Shown here piece by piece: positions 9,196 through 18,657 of a DNA stretch of 64,000 nt. Position 1 is the first letter of the stretch. The number at the start of each line of letters is the position of its first letter. Where the stretch lies: positions 1 to 64,000 of the forward strand of contig JANOAV010000134.1 in the NCBI GenBank assembly GCA_031411295.1. The letters run 5' to 3'. Both the position numbers and the translations under genes were made by a program. The stretch comes from Verrucomicrobiales bacterium (GTDB taxonomy: Bacteria; Verrucomicrobiota; Verrucomicrobiia; Verrucomicrobiales; V1-33). Below the pieces are notes generated by a model, which had not been told where the DNA came from, did not search any database, and worked only from the letters and a program-made list of their open reading frames with translations.

Positions 9196-10680
9196 TTAGC
9201 AATATTTCTCCTGGAGATAATCTAGATGGTATTTGGCTTGGGTGCGTTCACCGGTGGCTTCATGCATCAGGTCTTGCGGCTGATAGCGACGCCCCTGCCG
9301 ATGGATCCGCTCCCGCACGAACGCGAGCAGGGGTGCGTAATTTCCTGCGGCTAATTGAGTATCTAAATCTGGATTTGCTTGGTGGGCCTGATGCATGAGC
9401 TGGGAAGCGTTCAGATTCCCTAACGTGTAGGTGGCGAAGTAGCCAAACCCACCGAAGCTCCAATGCACGTCCTGAAGGCAGCCTTGGGAGACGTCCGGCA
9501 CTTGCAGGCCGAAGGACTTGGCGAAGAGTGCGTTCCAGGCCTCTGGGATTTCGGCCACAGAAATGTTGCCGTTGATGACCTGCCGCTCCAGCGCAAACCG
9601 CAGCATGATGTGCAAATCATAGGTGACCTCATCCGCCTCCACGCGAATGAAACTGCGTTCCACCCGAGAGGCGGCGGCGGCCATTTGCTCGGGAGAGATG
9701 GCAGCCAACCACGGCCATAATTCAGCGGCTCGGGGCAGCCAGCGGGTCCAGAAGGACACACTGCGTCCGACGTGATTTTCCCAGAGGCGGGACTGGCTTT
9801 CGTGGATCCCCAACGAAGCCGCCTGTCCTGCAGGAAGTCCCCAGGAATCTCTGGGCAATCCTTGATCGTAAAGCCCGTGACCGCTCTCATGCAGCACGCC
9901 GTAAAGGCTGCTCAGGAAATCCGTTTCGTCATACCGGGTGGTCATGCGGGTGTCCCCCGGCCCCAGTTCAGTGCAGAACGGATGCGCGCTGGTATCGATG
10001 CGGCCAGCGGCAAAATTGAATCCGATGGCCTCGGCCACTTCCCGATTGAATTGCTGTTGTTCCTCAATGGGGTAGTGCCCTGTTAGCAAATCCTTCGGCA
10101 CGCTTTGGGAGCGGGCCACGGCACTTTCCAAGAGACCAGAAATCTGCGGGCCTAACACGGAAAACAACTGCGCAATCTCCGCACTCTTGGCGCCCGGTTC
10201 GTAGGCTCCCAGCAGGGCGTCATAGCGTTCGTCGGTCCAACCCCAGGCATCGGCCTTGGCCTGACAGAGGGTGACAATTTTCTCCAAATGGGGCTGGAAT
10301 AAAGTAAAGTCCGCCGCCTTGCGTGCCGCCATCCAGGCGTGATGCGCCAGAGAGGTGGTATGAGCGATTTCCTCGACCAGCGTGGCGGGAAGTTTCACTG
10401 CCAAATCATAATCATGCCGCCACCCCCGCAGGTTGGTATCCGCCACAGAGCCCACGTCTGCTCCAGTCTGCTCGCATTCGGCCAACCAGTCTCCAATCTC
10501 CGCGCTAGTCGCCAAACGATGCGCCTGACCTTCCAGAAACGACATTTGTTCTGCCCGGAAGGCCGCAGCATCCGGGGGCATGTTCGTTTCCTGATCCCAA
10601 CTCAAGACTCCTGCGGAACTGGTCAGCAAGGCCACTTCATGGAATCGACGTGATAAATTTTCGTAAGCAGAATTCATCAT
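9196..10680 (-). CDS. Carboxypeptidase, peptidase family M32 (Taq-type)
   Basis: HPF, HESGHGLY (HExxH), HESQSRLWEN, IRVEADEVTY, GCLQDVHW. Confidence 0.95.
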   Translation of the reverse strand: MMNSAYENLSRRFHEVALLTSSAGVLSWDQETNMPPDAAAFRAEQMSFLEGQAHRLATSAEIGDWLAECEQTGADVGSVADTNLRGWRHDYDLAVKLPATLVEEIAHTTSLAHHAWMAARKAADFTLFQPHLEKIVTLCQAKADAWGWTDERYDALLGAYEPGAKSAEIAQLFSVLGPQISGLLESAVARSQSVPKDLLTGHYPIEEQQQFNREVAEAIGFNFAAGRIDTSAHPFCTELGPGDTRMTTRYDETDFLSSLYGVLHESGHGLYDQGLPRDSWGLPAGQAASLGIHESQSRLWENHVGRSVSFWTRWLPRAAELWPWLAAISPEQMAAAASRVERSFIRVEADEVTYDLHIMLRFALERQVINGNISVAEIPEAWNALFAKSFGLQVPDVSQGCLQDVHWSFGGFGYFATYTLGNLNASQLMHQAHQANPDLDTQLAAGNYAPLLAFVRERIHRQGRRYQPQDLMHEATGERTQAKYHLDYLQEKYC

Positions 10681-10741
10681 CCCAACATTCACAGGCCATC
10701 GCCCGGTGCAAGCTAAGTTGCGGGTAATTGCCCGACGGTGG

Positions 10742-11548
10742 CTACTTGAAAAGGCAGCGTTCCGGCAATGGAATGCGCAGCGTTTCCTCCATTTTACGGA
10801 GCAACGTGCGCGTCGTGGGGAGGTCCTCTTGTGGTCCAGACTCGAACAGGGCTCGCAATTTGGGATAAGCCTCCGCCATGCGGTGGGGAAGCCGGGCCAG
10901 GCAATACAGGTGGGCGCGATATAGCATCCGGCTGGGATACGCCGGCGGGCGCTGCGCGTCAGCACATTTGCTTGCTTGGAGGTAAAGTTCGGCCGCTTCC
11001 GCGAAATCAGGATGGGGGTTCACGGATGGATTGGGGTTCACCAAAATATCTGCCGCCTGGCGGTAGCCGCGATATTTCTCCGGGTTGTGCTGAATGCCGC
11101 GATAGCAAACGCTGAGGCCTTGATCCCGATAGAATTGCTGCATCAACCCCTCCGCCCCCCGCACCGCACCACCTTCGGTGGCATAATAATTTGCGGCATT
11201 CACCGCCAGCATCCAGGTATGCATATCCCAATATTGCCAGACTCTGGGCTGCAACTGACAACAGATGGCATATTGTTTGTCGATCATATCCCAACGCGGC
11301 GGATCCTGCAGGAAATAGCCAAAGGCATCGAGTTCGTAAGCGCTGGCAATGAGCGATCGCATGCCGCCGGCCGAGGCCGCAAAGGTCTGCTGCGTCATCT
11401 TCTCGCGCACGCTCGTGTCGAGCTTCTCCGGCAGCAGCTCCTGCTGGCGGAAGTCGCTGGTAAGGGCGCTCTCCAACGGCAGGCGCACCAGGGCACTCAC
11501 CAGGACGAGCAGCAAAGCCGCGAGTTGATAGCGACGATGTTTACTCAT
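10742..11548 (-). CDS. Membrane-anchored helical (TPR-like) hypothetical protein, coupled to the ABC-2 permease
   Basis: N-terminal TM segment and helical content; start overlaps the permease stop. Confidence 0.7.
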   Translation of the reverse strand: MSKHRRYQLAALLLVLVSALVRLPLESALTSDFRQQELLPEKLDTSVREKMTQQTFAASAGGMRSLIASAYELDAFGYFLQDPPRWDMIDKQYAICCQLQPRVWQYWDMHTWMLAVNAANYYATEGGAVRGAEGLMQQFYRDQGLSVCYRGIQHNPEKYRGYRQAADILVNPNPSVNPHPDFAEAAELYLQASKCADAQRPPAYPSRMLYRAHLYCLARLPHRMAEAYPKLRALFESGPQEDLPTTRTLLRKMEETLRIPLPERCLFK

Positions 11549-12618
11549 AGCTCTTTCTCCGCGAAGAGGAACACCGCCGCCCCCAGATAAATGGCCAGAT
11601 ACACCGCACTCAGCCCGAGCATCTTGCCAATGGCGGATGCCTTCAGATCTTTGCCTGCCACCACGGCCTCGACGACATCATAGACCTGGAAATCAGGGAA
11701 AATCACTGCGATGGCTCCGCTAGCCAGGCGCAGTAACACGCTCGGTGGCTCTGGAGGGGTCAGGGGTTTGGCCTCTGGCAGGGCCATGGGAATACGCCAC
11801 CCCTTGGGTTTCACGCCTCGTCCGGCATTGATGCGTTCATGCACTTGCTCGTGCGTTAGTTGCGGGGCCAAGAGGGATTCCCGGGCTCCGGCTTGGAGGT
11901 GACCGATGACATAGATGCAGAGCGTGGCCAGCATGGTGAAGATGGTGGAACCAGCAATCGTCGAAATGGCCAAGGCCACGGCCGTGATGACCGCTATTTT
12001 TAGAAAGATGGCCACCGCCGCCAGGTGCAGGTCCAGCCGCAGTCCTTGTTGCGACAATTGCGCGAATTCATCCACCTTCATTTGCTCTGCCGCCGTGACC
12101 GAGACCCGGCCGCTGTCCAGCATTGATTGGATGGTCTCCACCTTGTCCTGATAGGCCCAGTTAAATTTAAGTTGCAGCACGATGGAGGCCAGCACATCCA
12201 GCACGAGCAAACTAACAAATACGACCAGGAGAACGCCCAAATATTTACCCAGCAAATATTCGTAACGCCGCACCGGCTTGGTGAGAATGGTATAGAGCGT
12301 GCGGTCCTCCATATCTTTGGGCAGCAGCAGGGCCACACTCACCACGCCAAAGAGCACTCCAAAAATCAGCATGGTGCCAAACGCGGCATCCTTGACCATT
12401 TTCAACTCGGCATCGGGTGAAACGCTGGAAAAAATAAAACCCGCGGCAAAGAGGACGAGCGAAAGCGCGAACAGGAAATGGAATACTTTCATCCGCACCA
12501 ACTGCGTGAAGGTGTGCATGGCCAGCACCCAGATCCGGCGGCCCCACGCTACCATCCCCGTGCGTTGGCGGGTGGCGGCAGCGAAAGCGGAGGCAGAAGG
12601 GGAGGGGGAAGCGGACAT
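11545..12618 (-). CDS. ABC-2 type transporter permease
   Basis: DMEDRTLYTILTKPVRRYEYLLGKYLG motif, multiple TM helices, C-terminal FAEKEL. Start codon uncertain. Confidence 0.88.
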   Translation of the reverse strand: MSASPSPSASAFAAATRQRTGMVAWGRRIWVLAMHTFTQLVRMKVFHFLFALSLVLFAAGFIFSSVSPDAELKMVKDAAFGTMLIFGVLFGVVSVALLLPKDMEDRTLYTILTKPVRRYEYLLGKYLGVLLVVFVSLLVLDVLASIVLQLKFNWAYQDKVETIQSMLDSGRVSVTAAEQMKVDEFAQLSQQGLRLDLHLAAVAIFLKIAVITAVALAISTIAGSTIFTMLATLCIYVIGHLQAGARESLLAPQLTHEQVHERINAGRGVKPKGWRIPMALPEAKPLTPPEPPSVLLRLASGAIAVIFPDFQVYDVVEAVVAGKDLKASAIGKMLGLSAVYLAIYLGAAVFLFAEKEL

Positions 12619-12707
12619 GGAAGCATGGTAACAATTACCCGTGGAAAACTCAAGACGATTCCTGCTTTGATAGTGAACCCAAAATTCCTCCGTCCGCTCA
12701 CGACCAG

Positions 12708-12760
12708 CGTCACGCGGAGCGTTGACGGATAGAGTAGTCATCATCGCTCCGCGTGATGAC
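12708..12760. repeat. REP pair adjacent to the RAYT gene
   Basis: GTAG-TCATCATCGCTCCGCGTGATGAC (12734-12760, GTAG plus hairpin) and a degenerate inverted copy CGTCACGCGGAGCG... from 12708. Confidence 0.7.
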
Positions 12761-12833
12761 CAGCACGACTTCCCAGCCCCTGTGACCCAAGAATCACCAT
12801 GGTCCTCCCCGAACCGCAGCACCACACCATCCC

Positions 12834-12864
12834 CATCAAAATTAAACATCAAAATTAAACATCA
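12834..12864. repeat. 13-bp tandem direct repeat upstream of the transposase
   Basis: CATCAAAATTAAA x2 followed by CATCA. Confidence 0.85.
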
Positions 12865-12957
12865 GGTGAATTAATGAGAAAGCGCTTTACAATTTATCCA
12901 TCAGATATTTTATGTAGAAAGCACTTGCGATTCATGGAGTTTCTACCATTGTGCCCC

Positions 12958-14028
12958 ATGCCTACTTCCCGTTATCGTTTCCGGCCTGCTGATCTTGAAT
13001 CGGTGGCGTATTATCATGTCACTTCCAGGGTGGTGGATCGGCGGTTTATTTTGGAGGCGACGGAGCGGGAGGAGCTGATTAAGCAGATGCGGCGGTATGA
13101 GGCTTTGGGTGGGTTGCGAGTGGTGACGTATTGCATCATGAGTAATCATTTTCACATTCTGGTGGAGGTGCCGCCGCGTCCGGAGGTCGATGGCGGGGGG
13201 CCGTTGTTTACGGAGGTGGAATGGTTGCGGCACATTCAACGGAGCCTGGGAAAGGGGAAGGCGGATGAATTTCGGCGGTTGTTTGAGCTGTATCGGGGGA
13301 ATGGTTGTGAGGCGGTGATTGCTGAGGTGATGGCGAGTTATGAGAAGCGGATGTTTAGCGTAAGCTGCTTCATGCAGAATGTGAAACAGGCGTTCTCGGC
13401 TTGGTATAACAAGCGGAATGAGCGTCAGGGGACGCTCTGGGAAGAGGCGTTTCGCAGTGTGCTGGTGGAGGGCGCAGGACCGAGTCTGGCGACGATGGCA
13501 GCGTATATCGATTTGAATCCGGTGCGGGCGAAGGTTGTGGAGGATCCGGCGGATTACCTTTGGAGCGGCTATGGGGAGGCGATGGCGGCTGGGGCGGCGG
13601 GTGCGAAGGCGCGGGCGGGGTTGTCGGTTGTTGGTAAAATTTTAGGCGTGGAGGCTGAGCAGTCGAAGGGATTGCCGGAACTGCCGCCTTGGGAAATGGT
13701 GGCTTCGAGGTATCGGTTGTGGCTGTTTGGGGAAGGGCAGGAGGTTCATGGGAGCGATGTTTCTCCGGCGCGGGCTGGATTTAGCCTAGAGGAAGTCGAG
13801 AAGGTTCATGCGGAAGGCGGGAAGCTATCTCGGGGGCAGATGCTGCGGCTCAAGGTGAACTATTTCACGCGGGGCGGGATTTTCGGCAGTGCTGGATTTA
13901 TCAATGCAGTGTTCGAGTCGGTGCGGGATCGGTTCGGGAAGAATCGGAAGAGTGGGGCGAGGAAACTCAAGGGCGTGGAGGCCGGGGATCTGCGGGTTTT
14001 GCGGGATCTGCAACGAGGCGTGGGATGA
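12958..14028 (+). mobile_element. REP-associated tyrosine transposase (RAYT; Y1/HUH, IS200-like superfamily) with C-terminal extension
   Basis: YYHVTSRVV, YCIMSNHFHILV (HUH), GTLWEEAFRSVLVE, AYIDLNPVRAKVV..Y.WS. Confidence 0.9.
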
Positions 14029-14133
14029 GCACAGGAAGCGTTCGACTTCGTCGGGTGCGTGGTTCGCCCCCCGTGGGCGGCAGTGGCTTTGCCCTTGCTT
14101 TAACCTGAGTGGGCCCGCTACAATGGGCCGCAA

Positions 14134-15108
14134 ATGAAATGCTCCACATTACCAGTTCGGGCGGGCGTTGTTGCTTCGCTGATGCTTTGCTTAGTCTGCG
14201 CGCAGGCTGATTTACCCACCCGGGTTTCGCGCGTCTGGAAGTCGGCGGATGGCCGGGAAATGAAGGCGGATTTGCTGGAGTATTCAGCCACGGAGGTCAA
14301 AATTAAGCGGGCGAAGGATTTTGAGATTGTGAAGATCCCGCTGATGGCCTTGTCCGAGGAGGATCAGAAGTATGTGCAAGGATTAGTCAAGGAACGTGAC
14401 TTGGATGCCAGCCTTAAATCGGGTTCGTATGCGGCCAACGTGACTGGTGCCTTCGCAAAAGTTACCTCCAAGGAAGGGCTCAATTTCCAACTCTACGGGA
14501 ATCCGAAATGGGATGGGAAGAAACGCTATCCACTGTTGATTTCGCTGCATGGTTCGGGTCAAAGTGGCAGCGATAATGAGAAGCAGATGGGTGGGGTGAC
14601 CGGAATCTTTACGGATGCTGCGCACCAATCCGCCAACCCTTGTTTCATGATCGTGCCCCAGTGTCCCGATTCTGCAATCGGCTGGAACAAGGCTCCCGCG
14701 GACCAGTTGATGACCTTAATCGATGATCTCTGCGAGAAGCTCCCCGTGGATGTAAACCGCATTTACCTAACCGGTTATTCGATGGGTGGATTCGGCTGTT
14801 TCAGTCTGGCTGCCAAGTATCCGACGAAGTTTGCCGCCGTGGTCCCCCTGGCCGGCGGGGGCGATGTGAAGAAAGCGGACGTGCTGAAGCAAACGCCCAT
14901 CTGGGCCTTCCATGGCGACAAGGATGACATGGTGCCCGTGGAGCGCACGCGCGATGTCATGAAAGCCATCAAGGACGCGGGCGGCACCGCCAGTAAATAT
15001 GACGAACTCACCGGTCAGGGCCACGGCATTCCAGGCATGGTGTATTCCCGGGCCGATCTGACGACGTGGATCTTCGCGCAGAAGCGCGCCCCTGCGAAAG
15101 CGGAGTGA
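14134..15108 (+). CDS. Secreted SHD1-domain alpha/beta hydrolase (esterase/peptidase)
   Basis: Signal peptide; RVWKSADG..IPLMALSEEDQKYV (SHD1-like); LHGSG, TGYSMGG, HGDKDDMV. Confidence 0.85.
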   Translation: MKCSTLPVRAGVVASLMLCLVCAQADLPTRVSRVWKSADGREMKADLLEYSATEVKIKRAKDFEIVKIPLMALSEEDQKYVQGLVKERDLDASLKSGSYAANVTGAFAKVTSKEGLNFQLYGNPKWDGKKRYPLLISLHGSGQSGSDNEKQMGGVTGIFTDAAHQSANPCFMIVPQCPDSAIGWNKAPADQLMTLIDDLCEKLPVDVNRIYLTGYSMGGFGCFSLAAKYPTKFAAVVPLAGGGDVKKADVLKQTPIWAFHGDKDDMVPVERTRDVMKAIKDAGGTASKYDELTGQGHGIPGMVYSRADLTTWIFAQKRAPAKAE

Positions 15109-15130
15109 GTTGATTGGGTCGCCTGTCTTC

Positions 15131-15889
15131 ATGACCATGAAAATTTCCTGCCCTCCCCGTGGCCTGCTGTGGCTTTTGTTTCTGGTGATCGCAGGTCTGG
15201 CGTTGTTTTGGTGGATGATGAATCGGAACGCTGCGGTGCCACGATTGTTTGCCCGCCAGTTGCCGGAAACCTGCGGCCAAATTCTGCTCGTCGTCACGCC
15301 CGAGGAACGTTCCATCGTGGGGGAAATGAAGTTACTTGAACGCTCGGATGCCACTCAGCCCTGGCGACTTCGTGGGGGACCGATCCCGGTTACCGTGGGA
15401 CGGAACGGTCTGGCGTGGGGACGTGGCGAGCACACGGTTGCAGCCCCGGCGGGCTTTCGCGTGAAGCAGGAAGGGGATGGTTGTAGTCCCGCAGGAATCT
15501 TCCGACTCCCCTTTGCCTTTGGTTATGCCGCCTCTGCCGCGGACATCCGGATTCCCTATCAACCAGTGACCAAAGATCTCTTCGGGGTGGATGATGTGAA
15601 GTCGCAATACTACAATCAGGTGGTGGACGCCACGGCGGTAACGCCTGACTGGGACAGCCGGGAAACGATGCTGCGGGAGGATGGATTGTATCGCTGGGGG
15701 GCGTTTGTGGCGCATAATCCGATGCACCAAGCGGGGGCGGGGTCGTGTATTTTCCTGCACCTCTGGAGCGGTCCTGACAAGCCCACGGCGGGTTGCACTG
15801 CCATGACCGAGGAGGACCTGCAAAGGGTATTGCGCTGGCTGGATCCGACCAAGGAGCCCCGACTCGTGCAGGCGGTCGCAGGCTGGTAG
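15131..15889 (+). CDS. L,D-transpeptidase-like (YkuD fold) protein
   Basis: KQEGDGCSPAGIF and GSCIFLHLW....PTAGC (His...Cys). Confidence 0.85.
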   Translation: MTMKISCPPRGLLWLLFLVIAGLALFWWMMNRNAAVPRLFARQLPETCGQILLVVTPEERSIVGEMKLLERSDATQPWRLRGGPIPVTVGRNGLAWGRGEHTVAAPAGFRVKQEGDGCSPAGIFRLPFAFGYAASAADIRIPYQPVTKDLFGVDDVKSQYYNQVVDATAVTPDWDSRETMLREDGLYRWGAFVAHNPMHQAGAGSCIFLHLWSGPDKPTAGCTAMTEEDLQRVLRWLDPTKEPRLVQAVAGW

Positions 15890-16001
15890 TTAGGTCACCC
15901 ACGCCATCCGCGTCTTCGCGTGGGAAACTGCTTCCATCGACGAAAGTCTCCCGTTATGGGTGGTTCCTCACAATTTATTTAGCCCAACCGCCTTACCATT
16001 T

Positions 16002-17681
16002 ATGCGCCTGCTTCGTGCCCTTTTTTGTCTGCTCAGTCTCACCTGCTGCCTGCGTGCCGCCGACGGGCCTTACCGCATTGTGTTCCTGGGGGACAGCATC
16101 ACGCATGGTGGGCGGCATGTGGAATTGGTGGAAACGGCATTAGTTAGCCAATTCCCCGAACGCAACATTGAGGTGCTGGATCTCGGGCTGTCCAGCGAGA
16201 CGGTGTCGGGCTTGTCAGAGCCGGGTCATGCGGGAGGAGCCTTTCCGCGTCCGGATTTGCATGAGCGCTTGGATCGCGTTCTGGCGCAGACCAAGCCGCA
16301 ACTTGTCTTCGCTTGTTATGGCATGAACTGCGGCATCTACCATCCGCTCAGCGAGGAGCGCTTGGCGGCATATCAGAAAGGGATTCGCACGCTGCGCAAC
16401 ACAGTGCTGGCCACTGGAGCGCGCATCGTTTTCCTAACGCCTCCGGTCTTTGATGCGCTTCCGATTGCGAAGCGCCTGCTGCCGGCTGGTCGGGATTCAT
16501 ATCCCCAGCCCTATGAGGGTTACGATGACGTCTTGGCGGCTTATGGGGACTGGCTGCTAAGCCAGCGCATCCTTGGTTGGACCGTGCTGGATCTCCATAC
16601 GGCCATGAAGTCCGCCCTTGCCGAACAACGAAAAGTCAAACCGGACTTCACCTTCTCGGGCGATGGCGTCCACCCCAATGAAGCAGGTCATCGCATTTTC
16701 ACCAAGCTCATCAATGACTACTTGGGACTGACCACCGAGGTGGAAAATCACATTGTGCTGGAAAAGATCGAGTCCAAGCAACGGCTGCTGAAAGATGCCT
16801 GGCTCAGCGCCACCGGCCACAAACGCCCGGGCGTCAAAGCAGGTCTGCCCTTGGACAAGGCCATCCCCCAAGCCGCCTCCTTGGATGCGGCGGCTCGCGT
16901 GGAGGCACGGCAATTGGCGGCTGCGCGCACCGCGCCCTTTCCTGGCAAGAAATCCGTCTGGCAGGGATTTGATCGTTACGATGTTGCCGTGAATGGTCAC
17001 CAACTGACCGTGGTGTTGCCAAAAGAGGCGGCTCCGGGGCGGCCTTGGTGCTGGGAAGGCGAGTTCTTCGGCCATCAACCAGCCCCGGACATCGCCCTGT
17101 TAGGCAAGGGGGTGGCGATTATTTCCCTGAGTGCGCAAAATCTGCTCGGCAGCCCGCAGGCGGTGGCCAAATGGGAGGCGGCTTACGACTACCTGGTGCG
17201 GCTGCATGGCTTCCATCCTCGTCCTGCCCTAACTGGTCTGAGCCGGGGTGGATTGTATGCCTTGAATTTCGCCATCGCGCATCCCCAGCAAGTGAGTTGC
17301 ATTTATCTGGATGCCGCCGTGTGCGACTTCAAGAGTTGGCCCGGAGGCAAGGGAAAGGGCAAAGGGAGTCGCGAGGAATGGGCCCGCGTGCTGACCACCT
17401 ATGGCTTGCCGGATGAAGCCGCCGCGCTGGCCTACAAAGGGAATCCGGTAGATAATCTAGCCCCTCTGGCGGCCGCCAAAGTTCCCCTGCTGAATGTCTA
17501 TGGCGATGCGGATGATGTGGTGCCTTGGGAGGAAAATACTGGTATCGTGGCCGAGCGCTATCGTGCCCTGGGTGGATCCATCACCTTGATTCCCAAGCCC
17601 GGGGTCAATCATCATCCCCACGGACTAACGGACCCCACGCCGATCGTTGACTTCATTCTCCAGCACGCGGGTAAGCAGTAG
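16002..17681 (+). CDS. Secreted SGNH/GDSL hydrolase fused to an alpha/beta hydrolase
   Basis: FLGDSIT, YGMN, DGVHPN; second domain GLSRGG, GDADDVVP, HHPHG. Confidence 0.9.
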   Translation: MRLLRALFCLLSLTCCLRAADGPYRIVFLGDSITHGGRHVELVETALVSQFPERNIEVLDLGLSSETVSGLSEPGHAGGAFPRPDLHERLDRVLAQTKPQLVFACYGMNCGIYHPLSEERLAAYQKGIRTLRNTVLATGARIVFLTPPVFDALPIAKRLLPAGRDSYPQPYEGYDDVLAAYGDWLLSQRILGWTVLDLHTAMKSALAEQRKVKPDFTFSGDGVHPNEAGHRIFTKLINDYLGLTTEVENHIVLEKIESKQRLLKDAWLSATGHKRPGVKAGLPLDKAIPQAASLDAAARVEARQLAAARTAPFPGKKSVWQGFDRYDVAVNGHQLTVVLPKEAAPGRPWCWEGEFFGHQPAPDIALLGKGVAIISLSAQNLLGSPQAVAKWEAAYDYLVRLHGFHPRPALTGLSRGGLYALNFAIAHPQQVSCIYLDAAVCDFKSWPGGKGKGKGSREEWARVLTTYGLPDEAAALAYKGNPVDNLAPLAAAKVPLLNVYGDADDVVPWEENTGIVAERYRALGGSITLIPKPGVNHHPHGLTDPTPIVDFILQHAGKQ

Positions 17682-17828
17682 CCGGCCGAGCCACCCCAGG
17701 TTGGAGTCCCGGGCTTCCGGCACCCTGGCCTCGGTTTGGTGAAATTTCGTGGTAGCCAAGTCGCGACTCCGGCGTAAAATCCGCGTCTTGCATTAAACAA
17801 TCATCTCTAACCCGACATTCCCATCCCC

Positions 17829-18557
17829 ATGAAACGCCGCTCTCTTTTCGTTGCCGCTCTGCTCACCGCCTTGGCTCCTCTGGCTCCTTCCGCTGTTGCT
17901 GCCGAGGCCAATCCTGTTGTTGAAATCAAGACCAGTGAAGGTCTAATCGTCGTGGAACTCTATGCGGACAAGGCCCCGATCTCCGTGGAGAATTTCTTGA
18001 AATACGTCGATAAGAAATTCTACGACGGCACGGTGTTCCATCGCGTCATGTCCACGTTCATGATCCAAGGCGGCGGATTTGCCGAGAAGCCAGACGGTAA
18101 CCATGAGCAGAAGGCCGTGGATGCTCCGATCAAGAACGAAGCCAGCAACGGCCTGAAAAATGATCGTGGCACGCTGGCCATGGCCCGCACCGGAAATCCC
18201 GACAGCGCCACCAGCCAATTTTTCATCAACGTGGTGGACAACGCGGGGCTGAATCGCCCCAGCCCGGATGGTCACGGCTATGCCGTGTTCGGCAAGGTCA
18301 CCGCGGGCTTGGATGTGGTGGACAAAATTAAGGAAGCCCCGGTTGGCACCCACACCTTGGTGGCCCGCACCCCAGATGGTGCGCTGCATCCTTCCCCCAT
18401 GCAAAATGTCCCCGTGAAGACGGTGCTGATCGAATCCATCACCCGCAAGGGCGGTGCCGACAAGGCTCCGGCCCCGGCCGCAGCTCCGGCCGACAAAGCC
18501 GTGCCGGAGGGCAAGTCCGAGCCTGCCAAGCCAGCGGCTCCTGCTGACAAAAAGTAA
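17829..18557 (+). CDS. Cyclophilin-type peptidyl-prolyl cis-trans isomerase, exported
   Basis: [41 protein letters not shown]. Confidence 0.96.
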   Translation: MKRRSLFVAALLTALAPLAPSAVAAEANPVVEIKTSEGLIVVELYADKAPISVENFLKYVDKKFYDGTVFHRVMSTFMIQGGGFAEKPDGNHEQKAVDAPIKNEASNGLKNDRGTLAMARTGNPDSATSQFFINVVDNAGLNRPSPDGHGYAVFGKVTAGLDVVDKIKEAPVGTHTLVARTPDGALHPSPMQNVPVKTVLIESITRKGGADKAPAPAAAPADKAVPEGKSEPAKPAAPADKK

Positions 18558-18573
18558 TCGCCCGCTCGTTCGA

Positions 18574-18647
18574 AGTTTTCAGATTTCAGATTTCAGTTTT
18601 CAGGAACGGGTCAGGAGCTGAAAACGGAACCCAAAAAACTGAAAACT
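18574..18647. repeat. Inverted heptamer tandem-repeat hairpin
   Basis: (T/A)TTTCAG x4 at 18576-18603 faces degenerate CTGAAAA-phased heptamers at 18618-18645. Confidence 0.75.
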
Positions 18648-18657
18648 TCCTCCATCC

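Noticed and set aside
10681..10965. N-terminal extensions in the ORF track (also 3117-3215, 12619-12852, 39197-39655, 41592-41972, 47331-47585)
   Set aside because: They overlap neighbouring genes or intergenic repeats; family-like sequence begins at downstream ATGs.
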